DNA from: Sulfurovum sp.
GTDB lineage: Bacteria > Campylobacterota > Campylobacteria > Campylobacterales > Sulfurovaceae
NCBI GenBank assembly: GCA_028684885.1
Contig: JAQUFB010000001.1
Coordinates: 14,554-78,553, forward strand
DNA: 64,000 nt
Reading direction: 5' to 3'
Numbering within the stretch: the first letter of the stretch is position 1; every line of letters starts with the position of its first letter. The notes beneath the pieces are model-generated. The model made no database searches, was not told the origin of the DNA, and saw only the letters and a list, made by a program, of their open reading frames with translations. The position numbers and the translations under genes were made by a program. Below, piece by piece: positions 1 to 9,250 of the stretch.

Positions 1-1836
1 TGTCTTATTGTCGATAGCAGATACTATGAAGCAGTGAGCGACTATGTGGAAAACACCCACTTAGGCGGAAAGTTAGTATATCTGAAGATTGATTCACAAA
101 AAGGCTATATCAAGCAAGACGGATATGCACAAGACTCACTCCTTCGAAAGTTGGAACTTAAAGTAGATAGTCCCTTTTGTGAGTGGCTTGAGAGTGAGTT
201 GTTCAGTAGATTTAACATCCCGTGCGTGGAAAGTATGGAGGAGTTTCGGCGGTATAAAAAGGCTCTGAGTATCCACGGACAGTTTAAGACTAACTTTTCA
301 AGACACGAAAAAGATGATCGATTTGCTATCAACGATAGCACCCGGTGGGTACTGGGATGGGATAACTTTATCAAGCTGGAGAGCTTGCAGAATCAAGCAG
401 ATACTCTTCAGGACAAACTTAAATTTTTAGAGAAATCTATTTTGAAAAATGAGCAAGCAAAAGCCGCTCTCATACAAAGAAGAGACTATTTAAGGGATGC
501 TTTACACTATAAAGGATTTGAGTCTATCAACTGGTATAAATACTCCAAAGAGATTGAAACTTTGGAGCTTGAACAAAAAGAGTTGGAAGGGTCAAGCGAT
601 ATTATCAAGCAACTTCAAGAGACTATTAGGCAAAAACAGCTTCTTGCAAAAGAGCAAAAAGAAAAATATGATGAAGTACTCAGAACCATGGGAAGTATAA
701 AAAATACCCTTGAAAACAGAGAGGATGAGTTGGGAAATGCTATACTTCTTATCGAAAATAACATCATGGATGAAGAGATAAAAAAGAAGTTACAAAGCTT
801 GCAAAATGAACTTATAGCGTATAAAATCAATCTCAACACCATTATGCAAGCACAAAATAGACTTAAAGAGCATCTTGAGAGTTTGCTTAAAAGTATAATT
901 GGAAAGCTTCAAAGAACAAGTGGCAAGATACTGGAACAAATGGGGGTTTATATCACTAAATATCCTGTCGAGTCCAAAGAGTTTGATACCTCTATAGAAT
1001 CACTAGGCGAGTTCCAAAAAAGGCTGCAAGTCTTGCAAAAAGACAATCTTCCTAAGTGGGAAAAAAAGTTTAAATCCCTCCTGCAGGAAAAGACGATTCA
1101 GGGGATTGTAAGCTTGCAAGCTGAACTAGAAGAGCAATCAAAAGAGATAAGCAAAAAGATTAGCACTATCAATCTCTCCCTGAAAGATATCGAATACAGC
1201 GATGGAACTTACATAGAGCTTCTAGCACAAAAATCAAATATCTCTGATATCAAAGCCTTCAAAGAATCTCTCAAGCTGGCGACTACAGGAGCCATCAATA
1301 GTGACAATAACTATGATGAGCAAAAATTTCTGCAAATCAAAGAGCTTATAGATAGATTTAACGGGCGTGAGGGGTATATCGACCTGGATAATAAGTGGCG
1401 AAAAACCGTCACAGATGTGCGGAATTGGTTTGATTTTAGTGCCAGTGAAAAATACCTCAGTGACGGAAGCCAAAAAGAGTATTATGCCCATAGCGGCGGC
1501 AAATCGGGTGGGCAAAAAGAGAAACTTGCCTACACCGTCCTGGCCTCTTCGTTGGCTTATCAGTTTGGCTTAGAATATGAAAAAATACAAAGTAGATCGT
1601 TTCGATTTGTAATGATCGATGAGGCCTTTGGCAGAGGAAGTGATGAATCTACAAGATACGCCCTACGACTTTTTGAAAAGCTTAAACTTCAACTGCTTGT
1701 CATTACCCCAAAGCAAAAAATAAATGTGATTGAGCCGTTTGTCAGCAGTGTCCATTTTGTCCACAATCAAGATGGAATGGATTCAAGTCTTATTAGTATG
1801 AAGATTGAAGAGTATCAGGACAAAAAGAGTTTGTAG
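1..1836 (+). CDS. jetC: Wadjet SMC-like ATPase JetC (MksB-like), C-terminal part; 5' end lies outside the window
   Basis: Long coiled coil followed by ABC signature SGGKSGGQKEKLAY and Walker B FVMIDEAF; frame is open from base 1; directly followed by a JetD-type gene. Confidence 0.85.
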   Translation, partial: CLIVDSRYYEAVSDYVENTHLGGKLVYLKIDSQKGYIKQDGYAQDSLLRKLELKVDSPFCEWLESELFSRFNIPCVESMEEFRRYKKALSIHGQFKTNFSRHEKDDRFAINDSTRWVLGWDNFIKLESLQNQADTLQDKLKFLEKSILKNEQAKAALIQRRDYLRDALHYKGFESINWYKYSKEIETLELEQKELEGSSDIIKQLQETIRQKQLLAKEQKEKYDEVLRTMGSIKNTLENREDELGNAILLIENNIMDEEIKKKLQSLQNELIAYKINLNTIMQAQNRLKEHLESLLKSIIGKLQRTSGKILEQMGVYITKYPVESKEFDTSIESLGEFQKRLQVLQKDNLPKWEKKFKSLLQEKTIQGIVSLQAELEEQSKEISKKISTINLSLKDIEYSDGTYIELLAQKSNISDIKAFKESLKLATTGAINSDNNYDEQKFLQIKELIDRFNGREGYIDLDNKWRKTVTDVRNWFDFSASEKYLSDGSQKEYYAHSGGKSGGQKEKLAYTVLASSLAYQFGLEYEKIQSRSFRFVMIDEAFGRGSDESTRYALRLFEKLKLQLLVITPKQKINVIEPFVSSVHFVHNQDGMDSSLISMKIEEYQDKKSL

Positions 1837-1839
1837 TAT

Positions 1840-2994
1840 ATGTATAATGTAGAACAGCTTTATAAAAAGGTCAACCGTGTATATGACAGAGGAGATATTT
1901 TTATCTCTCATATCAAGGCAACTTCAATCTTCCCCTTAAAGATTCCACTCTCTAAAATAAAAGAATCCCAAATACAAAAAAGTTATCAAGATATTATACA
2001 AGGGATAAAAAAGCTTGAAAAGAGTGGATTACCTTTGGAGTATAGGGAGTTTGCATATAAGTCTTTGGGTAAACAGCGACTTCCTGTTAATGTAGTGTTT
2101 CCAAATCTTGAAGTATATTTACAAGCTATACAAAAAGAAGATGAATACAAGAGATTTTGTTCTGTTTATGATCTTATCATAGATAAATATCCGGCCTTAA
2201 AAACACTTTTTGCTAACAAGCCTTTTAATATTTTAGCGTATGAAGATGTATGGAACGAGCTTTTGGCAGTGATGGATTTTTTACAGTACAATCCAAAGCC
2301 AAATATCTATATCAGAGAGTTAAGTATTGCAAATATTGATACCAAATTTATCGAAAAATATAAAAAAATCCTTGATACACTACTTTCGCATATCAATGAA
2401 GATCAATCTCTTGCAAGCCTCGCAAACTATGCCTTTGAAAAAAAGTACCATCTTTTATATCCGGAGCCTACAGTGCGGTTTCGTTTGCTTGATGAATCGC
2501 TTGCTATGCATAATCTTAGCGATATCAGCTTGCCCAAAAGTGAATTTGCCTCTTTGCAAATGAGAGCTGAAAAAGTCTTTATCGTTGAAAACAAAATTAC
2601 CACTCTTTCCTTTCCCAAAGTTAAAGATGCCATAGTGATCTTTGGTCAGGGGTATGGGGTAAGTGTACTTCGAAATATTCCGTGGCTTCTAAATAAAGAG
2701 ATACTATACTGGGGCGATATTGATCTTGATGGATATGCGATACTTTCGCAATTGAGAGGGTATTATCCGCAAACTCGCTCTTTTTTGATGGATTATGAAA
2801 GCTTTACAAAGTATCGATATTTGGGAGTGGCGTTAACACAAAAGCAAAATCCAAAAATCTTACATCATCTATCAGAAAATGAAAAAAAAGTTTACGATGT
2901 ACTGTGTACAGACTTTAGCGCAAATAGCTTTCGGATCGAACAAGAGAGAATACCTTTCGATGCTCTTATAAGCGTTTTAGAGGAACTCCAATAA
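1840..2994 (+). CDS. jetD: Wadjet Toprim nuclease JetD (DUF3322+DUF2220 type)
   Basis: IYIRELSIANIDTKFIE segment, Toprim motifs IVENK and YWGDIDLDG, C-terminal RIEQERI; 3 nt downstream of jetC. Confidence 0.88.
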   Translation: MYNVEQLYKKVNRVYDRGDIFISHIKATSIFPLKIPLSKIKESQIQKSYQDIIQGIKKLEKSGLPLEYREFAYKSLGKQRLPVNVVFPNLEVYLQAIQKEDEYKRFCSVYDLIIDKYPALKTLFANKPFNILAYEDVWNELLAVMDFLQYNPKPNIYIRELSIANIDTKFIEKYKKILDTLLSHINEDQSLASLANYAFEKKYHLLYPEPTVRFRLLDESLAMHNLSDISLPKSEFASLQMRAEKVFIVENKITTLSFPKVKDAIVIFGQGYGVSVLRNIPWLLNKEILYWGDIDLDGYAILSQLRGYYPQTRSFLMDYESFTKYRYLGVALTQKQNPKILHHLSENEKKVYDVLCTDFSANSFRIEQERIPFDALISVLEELQ

Positions 2995-3150
2995 AAATAA
3001 AGGATTGTTGGAAAATCAACAGTGGGTTGAGTGATTTTTATAGTTATGCCGGACTTACAAAAATTTGATTTGCTTCCTCTTCTGATAGATTCTGTGATAC
3101 ACTGTCGAATGAAATTTTCTGGGCGTATATGTTGATATTTTATCTTTAAT

Positions 3151-3175
3151 ATCGGTGCGTGTTTACGCACCCTGC
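3151..3175. repeat. REP-like palindrome at the edge of the AT-rich Wadjet region
   Basis: GGTGCGT-gttt-ACGCACC perfect 7-bp stem in the intergenic region. Confidence 0.4.
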
Positions 3176-3207
3176 ACGATATGAGACAATATTGAGGAGA
3201 AAAGAGA

Positions 3208-3840
3208 ATGATGCAAAATAAGTTTATGAAAGCGATGGATTTCAGACATGCCTGCAAGCTGTTTGATGAGACAAAGAGGATTCCCGATGAGACGATGCGG
3301 TATATCCTGGAGGCAGGGCGAAAATCTCCAAGCTCATTCGGACAGGAGGGATGGAAGTTTCTGGTGGTCACCAATGAGGCACTCAAAGCAAAGCTCAGGC
3401 CTGCATGCTGGGATCAGCCTCAGATCACCTCCTGCTCTCATCTGGTTGTGATCCTCTCGGCGATAGAGGATCTCAGGCCAGGCAGCGGTACTCCGGCGAA
3501 GCGTTTTGGCAGACGCCCTCTGCCCCCTGAGAGGATAGAGGCCTATATCGATCTTTACGGAAACTTCCTGTCAGATACCTTCAGCAGTGATGAGAAGACC
3601 TATGCCTGGGGCGCAAGACAGTGCTATATCGCACTGGCAAACATGATGACCGCCGCTGCATATGAGGGGATAGACTCCTGTCCGATAGAGGGGATGGAGA
3701 AAGGGAAGGTCGAGGAGATACTGCAACTTGATACTGGTAAATATCAGGTTGCGGTTCTTGTCCCTTTCGGCTACCGTGCCAACCCTCGGTCCGAACAGAT
3801 GCGCCGGCCCTTTGAAGAGGTAGTGGAGTTTATCGATTGA
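3208..3840 (+). CDS. NAD(P)H nitroreductase family protein (FrxA/NfsB-like)
   Basis: FRHACKLFD, SPSSFG..W and GIDSCPIEG motifs. Confidence 0.9.
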   Translation: MMQNKFMKAMDFRHACKLFDETKRIPDETMRYILEAGRKSPSSFGQEGWKFLVVTNEALKAKLRPACWDQPQITSCSHLVVILSAIEDLRPGSGTPAKRFGRRPLPPERIEAYIDLYGNFLSDTFSSDEKTYAWGARQCYIALANMMTAAAYEGIDSCPIEGMEKGKVEEILQLDTGKYQVAVLVPFGYRANPRSEQMRRPFEEVVEFID

Positions 3841-4439
3841 TGTTTGAGGTTGCAGAGTATATCGGGATCATCGCCTTTACGATGAGTGGTTTTTTCGTGG
3901 CGGTACGCAGCAGGCTTGATCTTCTGGGTGTGTTGATCTCGGTTTTTCTGACCGCTTTTGGCGGGGGTATCATACGTGATGTCCTTGTAGATAGAACGCC
4001 CTATGTCTTTACCCATGCAGCCCCGGGATTTATGGTACTGGGGATGATGCTCCTGATGATCGTCCTGAAATTTCACAAACGCGAAAGCATAGAGAACAGA
4101 CTGCTCTTTATCATCAGTGACTCTATCGGGCTGGTCTCTTTCAGTATCGCCGGCGCACTTGTTGCCATGCAAAATGAGCTCAATCTCACAGGAGTACTGG
4201 TGATGGCTTTTGTCACGGCAGTAGGCGGAGGGATCACCAGGGATGTGATCATCAATGAGGTGCCCTTTGTTTTCAAAACAGGCTTTTACGGTACCGTTGC
4301 GCTTTTGGTGGCGATCGTACTTTATGGGCTTGAACAGTTTGATATACTCAACTTCTATACCACTTTCTTCTTGTTCATTGCCGGTGTTATAGTGAGAGTT
4401 GTAGCCTATCAGAAGAAGTGGTCCATACCCCTGCGTTGA
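3837..4439 (+). CDS. Trimeric intracellular cation channel family (UPF0126/YadS-like) membrane protein
   Basis: Two repeats of TAxGGGxxRD (TAFGGGIIRD, TAVGGGITRD); multiple hydrophobic helices. Confidence 0.88.
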   Translation: MMFEVAEYIGIIAFTMSGFFVAVRSRLDLLGVLISVFLTAFGGGIIRDVLVDRTPYVFTHAAPGFMVLGMMLLMIVLKFHKRESIENRLLFIISDSIGLVSFSIAGALVAMQNELNLTGVLVMAFVTAVGGGITRDVIINEVPFVFKTGFYGTVALLVAIVLYGLEQFDILNFYTTFFLFIAGVIVRVVAYQKKWSIPLR

Positions 4440-4461
4440 TCCGGTATGAACCCACCGATCT

Positions 4462-4938
4462 CTACCGGAAATCAGTGAGTTTCAGCAGGATCTCGTTGAT
4501 CTCTTTTCCCGCTTTTTTTGCAAGTTTTTCAAACTCCTCTTTGGAGTCTTGATAGAGTGATGTCATCTGCGACTCTTTTTCTTTCCATTGATCCGCAGCT
4601 TCCATTTTGGCGAGATGGGCATGTAGCTTGGCGATATCGAGCTCCTGAGCGGTATTGTCCGTGACTTTTTTTATAAACTCCTCTGAGGTGCCTTTGATCT
4701 TTTCCAGGTGTTCTTTGGCTTCCATCACACCGAGTTTTCCCTGAAGTTTTGCCTCATGTTGTAATTTTTCTCTGGCACCTGAAAGCGTTTTGTTGATCTG
4801 GCCAAACTCACCTTTGAGTTTTCCCCAAAACTCACTCATATCATCCCCCATAGACTTACGAAAAGATTCTACGTTCTTTTCCACTTTCTCCAGTGACTCT
4901 TTTGACTTTTTGATATATTCGTTCAACTCTTTTTCCAT
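4462..4938 (-). CDS. Hypothetical coiled-coil protein with an internal repeat
   Basis: 158-aa K/E-rich ORF; repeated AKLQGKLGVMEA / AKLHAHLAKMEA motif. Confidence 0.75.
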   Translation of the reverse strand: MEKELNEYIKKSKESLEKVEKNVESFRKSMGDDMSEFWGKLKGEFGQINKTLSGAREKLQHEAKLQGKLGVMEAKEHLEKIKGTSEEFIKKVTDNTAQELDIAKLHAHLAKMEAADQWKEKESQMTSLYQDSKEEFEKLAKKAGKEINEILLKLTDFR

Positions 4939-5142
4939 TGTTCTTCACCCCTTTTGTGCTGATTTGTAAACTTGGATTGAAAGCATGATTGCTTATGTCG
5001 CTTTTGGGAGAGATGTTTCTCTTCTCTCTATATTGTAACGAATTTTTCTCTCATTTTGATAGCGTTCGATTGTATAGAGAAAAGCCCGGTTTAAGAGAAA
5101 ACGGTTTACACTGTCATACTACATTTTAAAAGGAGCAGATCA

Positions 5143-5199
5143 ATGAAAAACACACTTACTATGCAAACCACCAGAACGCTCCTCTTCTCCTGGCGCTAG
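5143..5199 (+). CDS. Putative 18-aa leader peptide MKNTLTMQTTRTLLFSWR
   Basis: Strong SD AAGGAG at 5130-5135, ATG at 5143, TAG at 5197-5199; followed by alternative hairpins in front of the tautomerase gene. Confidence 0.6.
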   Translation: MKNTLTMQTTRTLLFSWR

Positions 5200-5304
5200 C
5201 CTACTACCTACTTTTTTTATCGATAAATATTATCACTGTTCAACCATTTGCGTTTACTTCTTCGGAAGTAGGGATTTGAGGCAGATAGTTTTAGAGATCT
5301 GCCT
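5200..5304 (+). promoter_or_regulatory. Putative attenuator structure
   Basis: CCTACT (5200-5205, repeated) complementary to AGTAGG (5267-5272); hairpin TACTTC-ttcg-GAAGTA (5255-5270); hairpin AGGCAGAT...ATCTGCCT (5279-5304). Confidence 0.5.
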
Positions 5305-5327
5305 ATTGTATCTAGTAAGGATAGAGA

Positions 5328-5717
5328 ATGGCACAAATAAAAATCTATGGGATAGAGAAACGACTCAATCTCATTAAAAGAGAACTCTCCGATACGATTC
5401 ACCGGTGTGTCGTGGAGGCTTTGGAGTTTCCTGAGAATAAACGTTCGCACAGGTTTATTCCTCTGGCCCCGGAAGATATCTATTATCCGGTCGGCCGTAC
5501 GCATGACTATATCATCATAGAGATCATGATGATGGAGGGAAGAAAAAAAGAAACCAAGAAGAGGCTGATCCAACTGCTGTATGAACGGATACGCAAGGAG
5601 GTGAGGTTGTCAGCCTCGGATATCGAGATATGTATCCTGGAACAGCCTGCCTATCACTTCGGTTTTCGCGGCATGACAGGGGATGAAATGCTGCTGGATT
5701 ACAAGGTAGAGGTATAA
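5328..5717 (+). CDS. Tautomerase superfamily protein (Tautomerase_2/MSAD-like)
   Basis: Beta-alpha-beta pattern, KRSHRF, EGRKKETKKRLI, GFRGMTGDE; starts MAQ rather than MP. Confidence 0.8.
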   Translation: MAQIKIYGIEKRLNLIKRELSDTIHRCVVEALEFPENKRSHRFIPLAPEDIYYPVGRTHDYIIIEIMMMEGRKKETKKRLIQLLYERIRKEVRLSASDIEICILEQPAYHFGFRGMTGDEMLLDYKVEV

Positions 5718-5718
5718 G

Positions 5719-6282
5719 ATGAAACAGATCACCTTTATCAGACATGCCAAAGTGGATATGGACTCCATCCTGCCTATCTATAGCAGGGAGCTCACTGCAT
5801 GGGAAGAGAGATATAACAGTGCGCAGATCGTCACTGAAACACTGCCGGAGGATGCGCTTATACAGCGTATAAGAAGTGCTGACTATGTGGTGAGCAGTAC
5901 ACTGAAACGCAGTATAGATTCACTGGGACTGCTGGAGGTGGAGATCGATGAAAAAAACGGACTCTTCAATGAGGCAGCGATCCCTCGGCTGAATGGAGTA
6001 CGCTTGAAGATGAAGCCCGTTCATTGGCTGGTGCTCTTCCGTCTGCTTTCGCTGCTGGGTGTAGGAAGATGGGCGGGAACGCTGAGGGAGACAAGAAAGG
6101 AGGCACAAAAAGCTGCTGAAAGGCTCTCACAGCTCTCCGCAGAGCATGACCATATCGTCTTGATGGGACACGGCGTGATGAACTGGCTGATACGCAAAGA
6201 GTTGTCAAAAAAGGGTTGGAGAGCGGAAGGGAGAGAAGTGCATGGCAACTGGGGCAGTACCGTGATGTGCTTTGCGGTATAA
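5719..6282 (+). CDS. Histidine phosphatase (phosphoglycerate mutase) family protein
   Basis: FIRHA, SSTLKRS, FNE and LMGHG motifs. Confidence 0.85.
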   Translation: MKQITFIRHAKVDMDSILPIYSRELTAWEERYNSAQIVTETLPEDALIQRIRSADYVVSSTLKRSIDSLGLLEVEIDEKNGLFNEAAIPRLNGVRLKMKPVHWLVLFRLLSLLGVGRWAGTLRETRKEAQKAAERLSQLSAEHDHIVLMGHGVMNWLIRKELSKKGWRAEGREVHGNWGSTVMCFAV

Positions 6283-6353
6283 AATGATATCAACAGCACT
6301 TCTATCCAGCTCTTCAAAAACGGCAGTGGCGCTTTTGAGAAAGCACCTGCAGA

Positions 6354-7175
6354 CTACTTCAAAAGATGGAGGAACTCTTCTCTCTGGCTGTATCCTGTGA
6401 CTTTATGCAGGACTTTTTCATCGGTGGCATCAATAAAGTAGATCACCGGGGTGAAGGTGCTGGTGAATTTTTCGGGAAATTTCTTCTCGTCACGGTTGAG
6501 CACCAGCGGTACATATTTTTCATGCACTGCACGGTTCACCTCTTCCTTTTGAAGCACATTGGTTTCAAATTTGCGGCACCATGGACAGTAGTTGGTTGTC
6601 AGAACCAGCATCAGGTTTTTCCCCGTTTTCTTCGCTTTCTGCAGTGCTGTCTGGTAGTCGGTCTCATACTGCATCATCTGCGCAAAACTCTGATCCCCCG
6701 TATGGGTCATCTTGGGTTTGAGTTTGTTGTCATCCCTGTACTGCTCGGCAAATCTCGAAAGTATAGCGTCCAGGCTGTCCTCAACCCCCTCATGGATACT
6801 TTCCGTATCGTTGATGTCCCGCACGGCAAAATGTTCCCTGTCCTGGTAGGTGAGTCCAAAGACTTTCTCTCCATCATCGAGCCGTCGCAGCTCTTCGCCT
6901 ATGATGAGTTCGGTCTGTATCATCAGTGTCTCTCCGGCATAGGCGTGGTAGACGATCAAAGCGAGTGAACGCGGGTCATACCCTGAACTGTCGATCCCCA
7001 GTTCCTTGAGTGTCTCATCCATGGTGTCGCGGATCTCTGTTTTGTAGCTCTGGTCGATCTTGTCCGTCTGGATCTCGATCACAGGATAGACCTTCTTGAT
7101 ATTGTTGAGCACGAAAAAAGACTCGGCATTGAGCAAAGCGGAGACAGAGAGTAAAAGTGTCATAAAAAATTTCAT
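6354..7175 (-). CDS. Exported thioredoxin-fold protein (SoxW/Thioredoxin_7-like C-terminal domain)
   Basis: Signal peptide; CPWC motif and cis-Pro TP loop in the C-terminal domain. Confidence 0.75.
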   Translation of the reverse strand: MKFFMTLLLSVSALLNAESFFVLNNIKKVYPVIEIQTDKIDQSYKTEIRDTMDETLKELGIDSSGYDPRSLALIVYHAYAGETLMIQTELIIGEELRRLDDGEKVFGLTYQDREHFAVRDINDTESIHEGVEDSLDAILSRFAEQYRDDNKLKPKMTHTGDQSFAQMMQYETDYQTALQKAKKTGKNLMLVLTTNYCPWCRKFETNVLQKEEVNRAVHEKYVPLVLNRDEKKFPEKFTSTFTPVIYFIDATDEKVLHKVTGYSQREEFLHLLK

Positions 7176-7319
7176 GAGAAAAAATCCTTTTGATGTGGTA
7201 GGTGAGATTGTATCAAAAGATTTTAAAGCAAGGGTAAGCTTTGGAGAGATTCTCCATAAGGTTTATCTTGGAGTAGTATGTTACTATACAGGATCATTAG
7301 ATGGAACAGAGGAAAAATA

Positions 7320-8666
7320 GTGCTGGTCAACAAACTTTTTGAAACGGCGATCATAGGGGGAGGAGTAGCGGGTACCTCGCTGCTTTTTACCCTGGCAAGA
7401 TATACCGATCTCAAAGATATCATCATCTTTGAAAAGTATGAAGAGGTGAGCCTTCTCAACTCCAACCCCAAGGCAAACTCCCAGACGCTGCATGTAGGCG
7501 ATATCGAAACGAACTACACCTACGAGAAAGCGAAGCGGGTGAAAAAAGCCTCATCGATGGTCAGCAACTTTATCCATCATTTCGGAGGTGTCGGGGAGAT
7601 CGGTTTTGTCCGTGACAAGATGGTGATCGCGGTGGGGAGCGATGAGATAGAAAAGCTCAAAAGACGCTATGAATTGTTTAAAACGCTCTATCCCTATCTT
7701 GAACTCTGGGATGAAGCAAAACTGAAGCAGATCGAGCCGAAGCTGATGGAGGGACGCAAAGAGCCGGTCCTGGCAATGGGTGCAACAGGGCAGATCACGA
7801 CGGTGGACTTCAAGAAGCTGAGCGAACGATTCGTGCAGGAGGCGATCGATACGGAGAAAAATATCCAGATACGCTACAACGAAGAGGTGACCCGGATCGT
7901 TCGTCTGGAAGACGGTACCTATGAGATCACGACAGACACGACACGTTTCAACGCCAGGAGTGTCGTGGTCAATGCGGGTGCCTACTCTCTGCTCTTTGCC
8001 CAGTCAATGGGATACGGCCTGGACTATGCCATACTGCCGATCGGCGGCAGCTTCTTCTTCACCAAAGAGAAACTGCTCAACGCCAAGGTCTATACGATGC
8101 AGCATCCCAAGCTTCCGTTTGCCGCGATACATGCAGACCCCGACTGTACGCAGGAGTGGTGTACCCGTTTCGGGCCGACAGCCTTTGCATTGCCGAAACT
8201 GGAGCGCTACCACAGCCTGCATCTCAGGGACTTTATCTCTGCGCTCAATCTGGACAAAGATGTGACCTCTGTCTATATGGATCTCCTCAAAGATAAAACG
8301 ATCAGAAACTATATCCTGAGAAATGCGGTGGAGGAGCTGCCTTGGCTGGGCAGAGAGCTCTTTGTCAAAGATGCGCAGAAGATCATCCCGACACTGAGAG
8401 CGGAGGAGATCGGATTTGCGGAAGGATACGGCGGCATGCGGCCGCAGGTCATTGACAAGAAGCAGCAGAAACTGCTGTTGGGGGAGACAAGGATTGCCGA
8501 TAGCGGTGCGATCTTCAATATGACGCCCAGCCCGGGTGCCTCAAGTTCTCTTTCTATTGCCTACCAGGATGCACTGGCACTCTGCGCATACCTGGGTGCT
8601 GCCTTTGATGAGGAGAAACATCTCTCTGAAATACAGAATAGGGAGCAGGGAGCAGGGAGTAAGTAG
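7320..8666 (+). CDS. mqo: Malate:quinone oxidoreductase, Campylobacter/Helicobacter type
   Basis: FAD motif IIGGGVAG, NSQTLHVGDIETNYT, LPFAAIHAD, FNMTPSPGAS; likely GTG start at 7320. Confidence 0.8.
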   Translation: MLVNKLFETAIIGGGVAGTSLLFTLARYTDLKDIIIFEKYEEVSLLNSNPKANSQTLHVGDIETNYTYEKAKRVKKASSMVSNFIHHFGGVGEIGFVRDKMVIAVGSDEIEKLKRRYELFKTLYPYLELWDEAKLKQIEPKLMEGRKEPVLAMGATGQITTVDFKKLSERFVQEAIDTEKNIQIRYNEEVTRIVRLEDGTYEITTDTTRFNARSVVVNAGAYSLLFAQSMGYGLDYAILPIGGSFFFTKEKLLNAKVYTMQHPKLPFAAIHADPDCTQEWCTRFGPTAFALPKLERYHSLHLRDFISALNLDKDVTSVYMDLLKDKTIRNYILRNAVEELPWLGRELFVKDAQKIIPTLRAEEIGFAEGYGGMRPQVIDKKQQKLLLGETRIADSGAIFNMTPSPGASSSLSIAYQDALALCAYLGAAFDEEKHLSEIQNREQGAGSK

Positions 8667-8831
8667 TAGGTATGGTAGGCTTTTATTCATTAAGATTGGG
8701 CAAAGCTCTACAATGAAAACCTGCTGCTATCTATGCCTTCACGGCTACACTTTGTTCCGACCGTTCCGGTTCCGAAGCTACAAAGTCAAAGCAGTTTGAC
8801 TTTGCTTAACGCTTCTCATCTGCTCCCTATT
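8637..8831. repeat. MITE-like intergenic element with 12-bp terminal inverted repeats
   Basis: AATAGGGAGCAG (8637-8648) / CTGCTCCCTATT (8820-8831); tandem AGGGAG(C/T) x3; internal perfect hairpin CAAAGTCAAA-gcag-TTTGACTTTG (8781-8804). Confidence 0.5.
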
Positions 8832-9168
8832 TCGCCTCTTCCGCCATTTTGAGTTCGATGCCTCTTTTGACCTGGAGCTGCTGCTGTGCGAACCATTGTG
8901 TGGTTTCAAGCTTTGGAAACACTGCACTCATGATATCAAGCGGTGAGCTGTCCCATTTGTCTGCACTGTCGGCAATGGTCCATCCCAGCTTGTTCAGCAC
9001 ATAAGAGAAGATCTGGTTCATGATCTGGTAACCCGACCTGATCGCTGCCTGATCTTTGTTCTTTTCGTGTTCCAGAAGACTTTTTACCAGCTGTTTGCGG
9101 AGGTCCCTGGTGTATTGTTCTTTGATACTCTCAATGATCTCTTCGTGTGTCATCACTTTGCCTTTCAT
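8827..9168 (-). CDS. Hypothetical protein
   Basis: 113-aa ORF with host-like codon usage; start may be 9153. Confidence 0.7.
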   Translation of the reverse strand: MKGKVMTHEEIIESIKEQYTRDLRKQLVKSLLEHEKNKDQAAIRSGYQIMNQIFSYVLNKLGWTIADSADKWDSSPLDIMSAVFPKLETTQWFAQQQLQVKRGIELKMAEEAK

Positions 9169-9250
9169 CCGGGGTTTATTTTAGTGACGATATTGTACTA
9201 TGATAGTGATTAACCCGAACTATTGCTTATCCGGATTTAAAGGAGCGGAG

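Noticed and set aside
8640-8680. Tandem heptamers and REP-like hairpins as a CRISPR array
   Set aside because: No regularly spaced repeat-spacer units and no cas genes in the window
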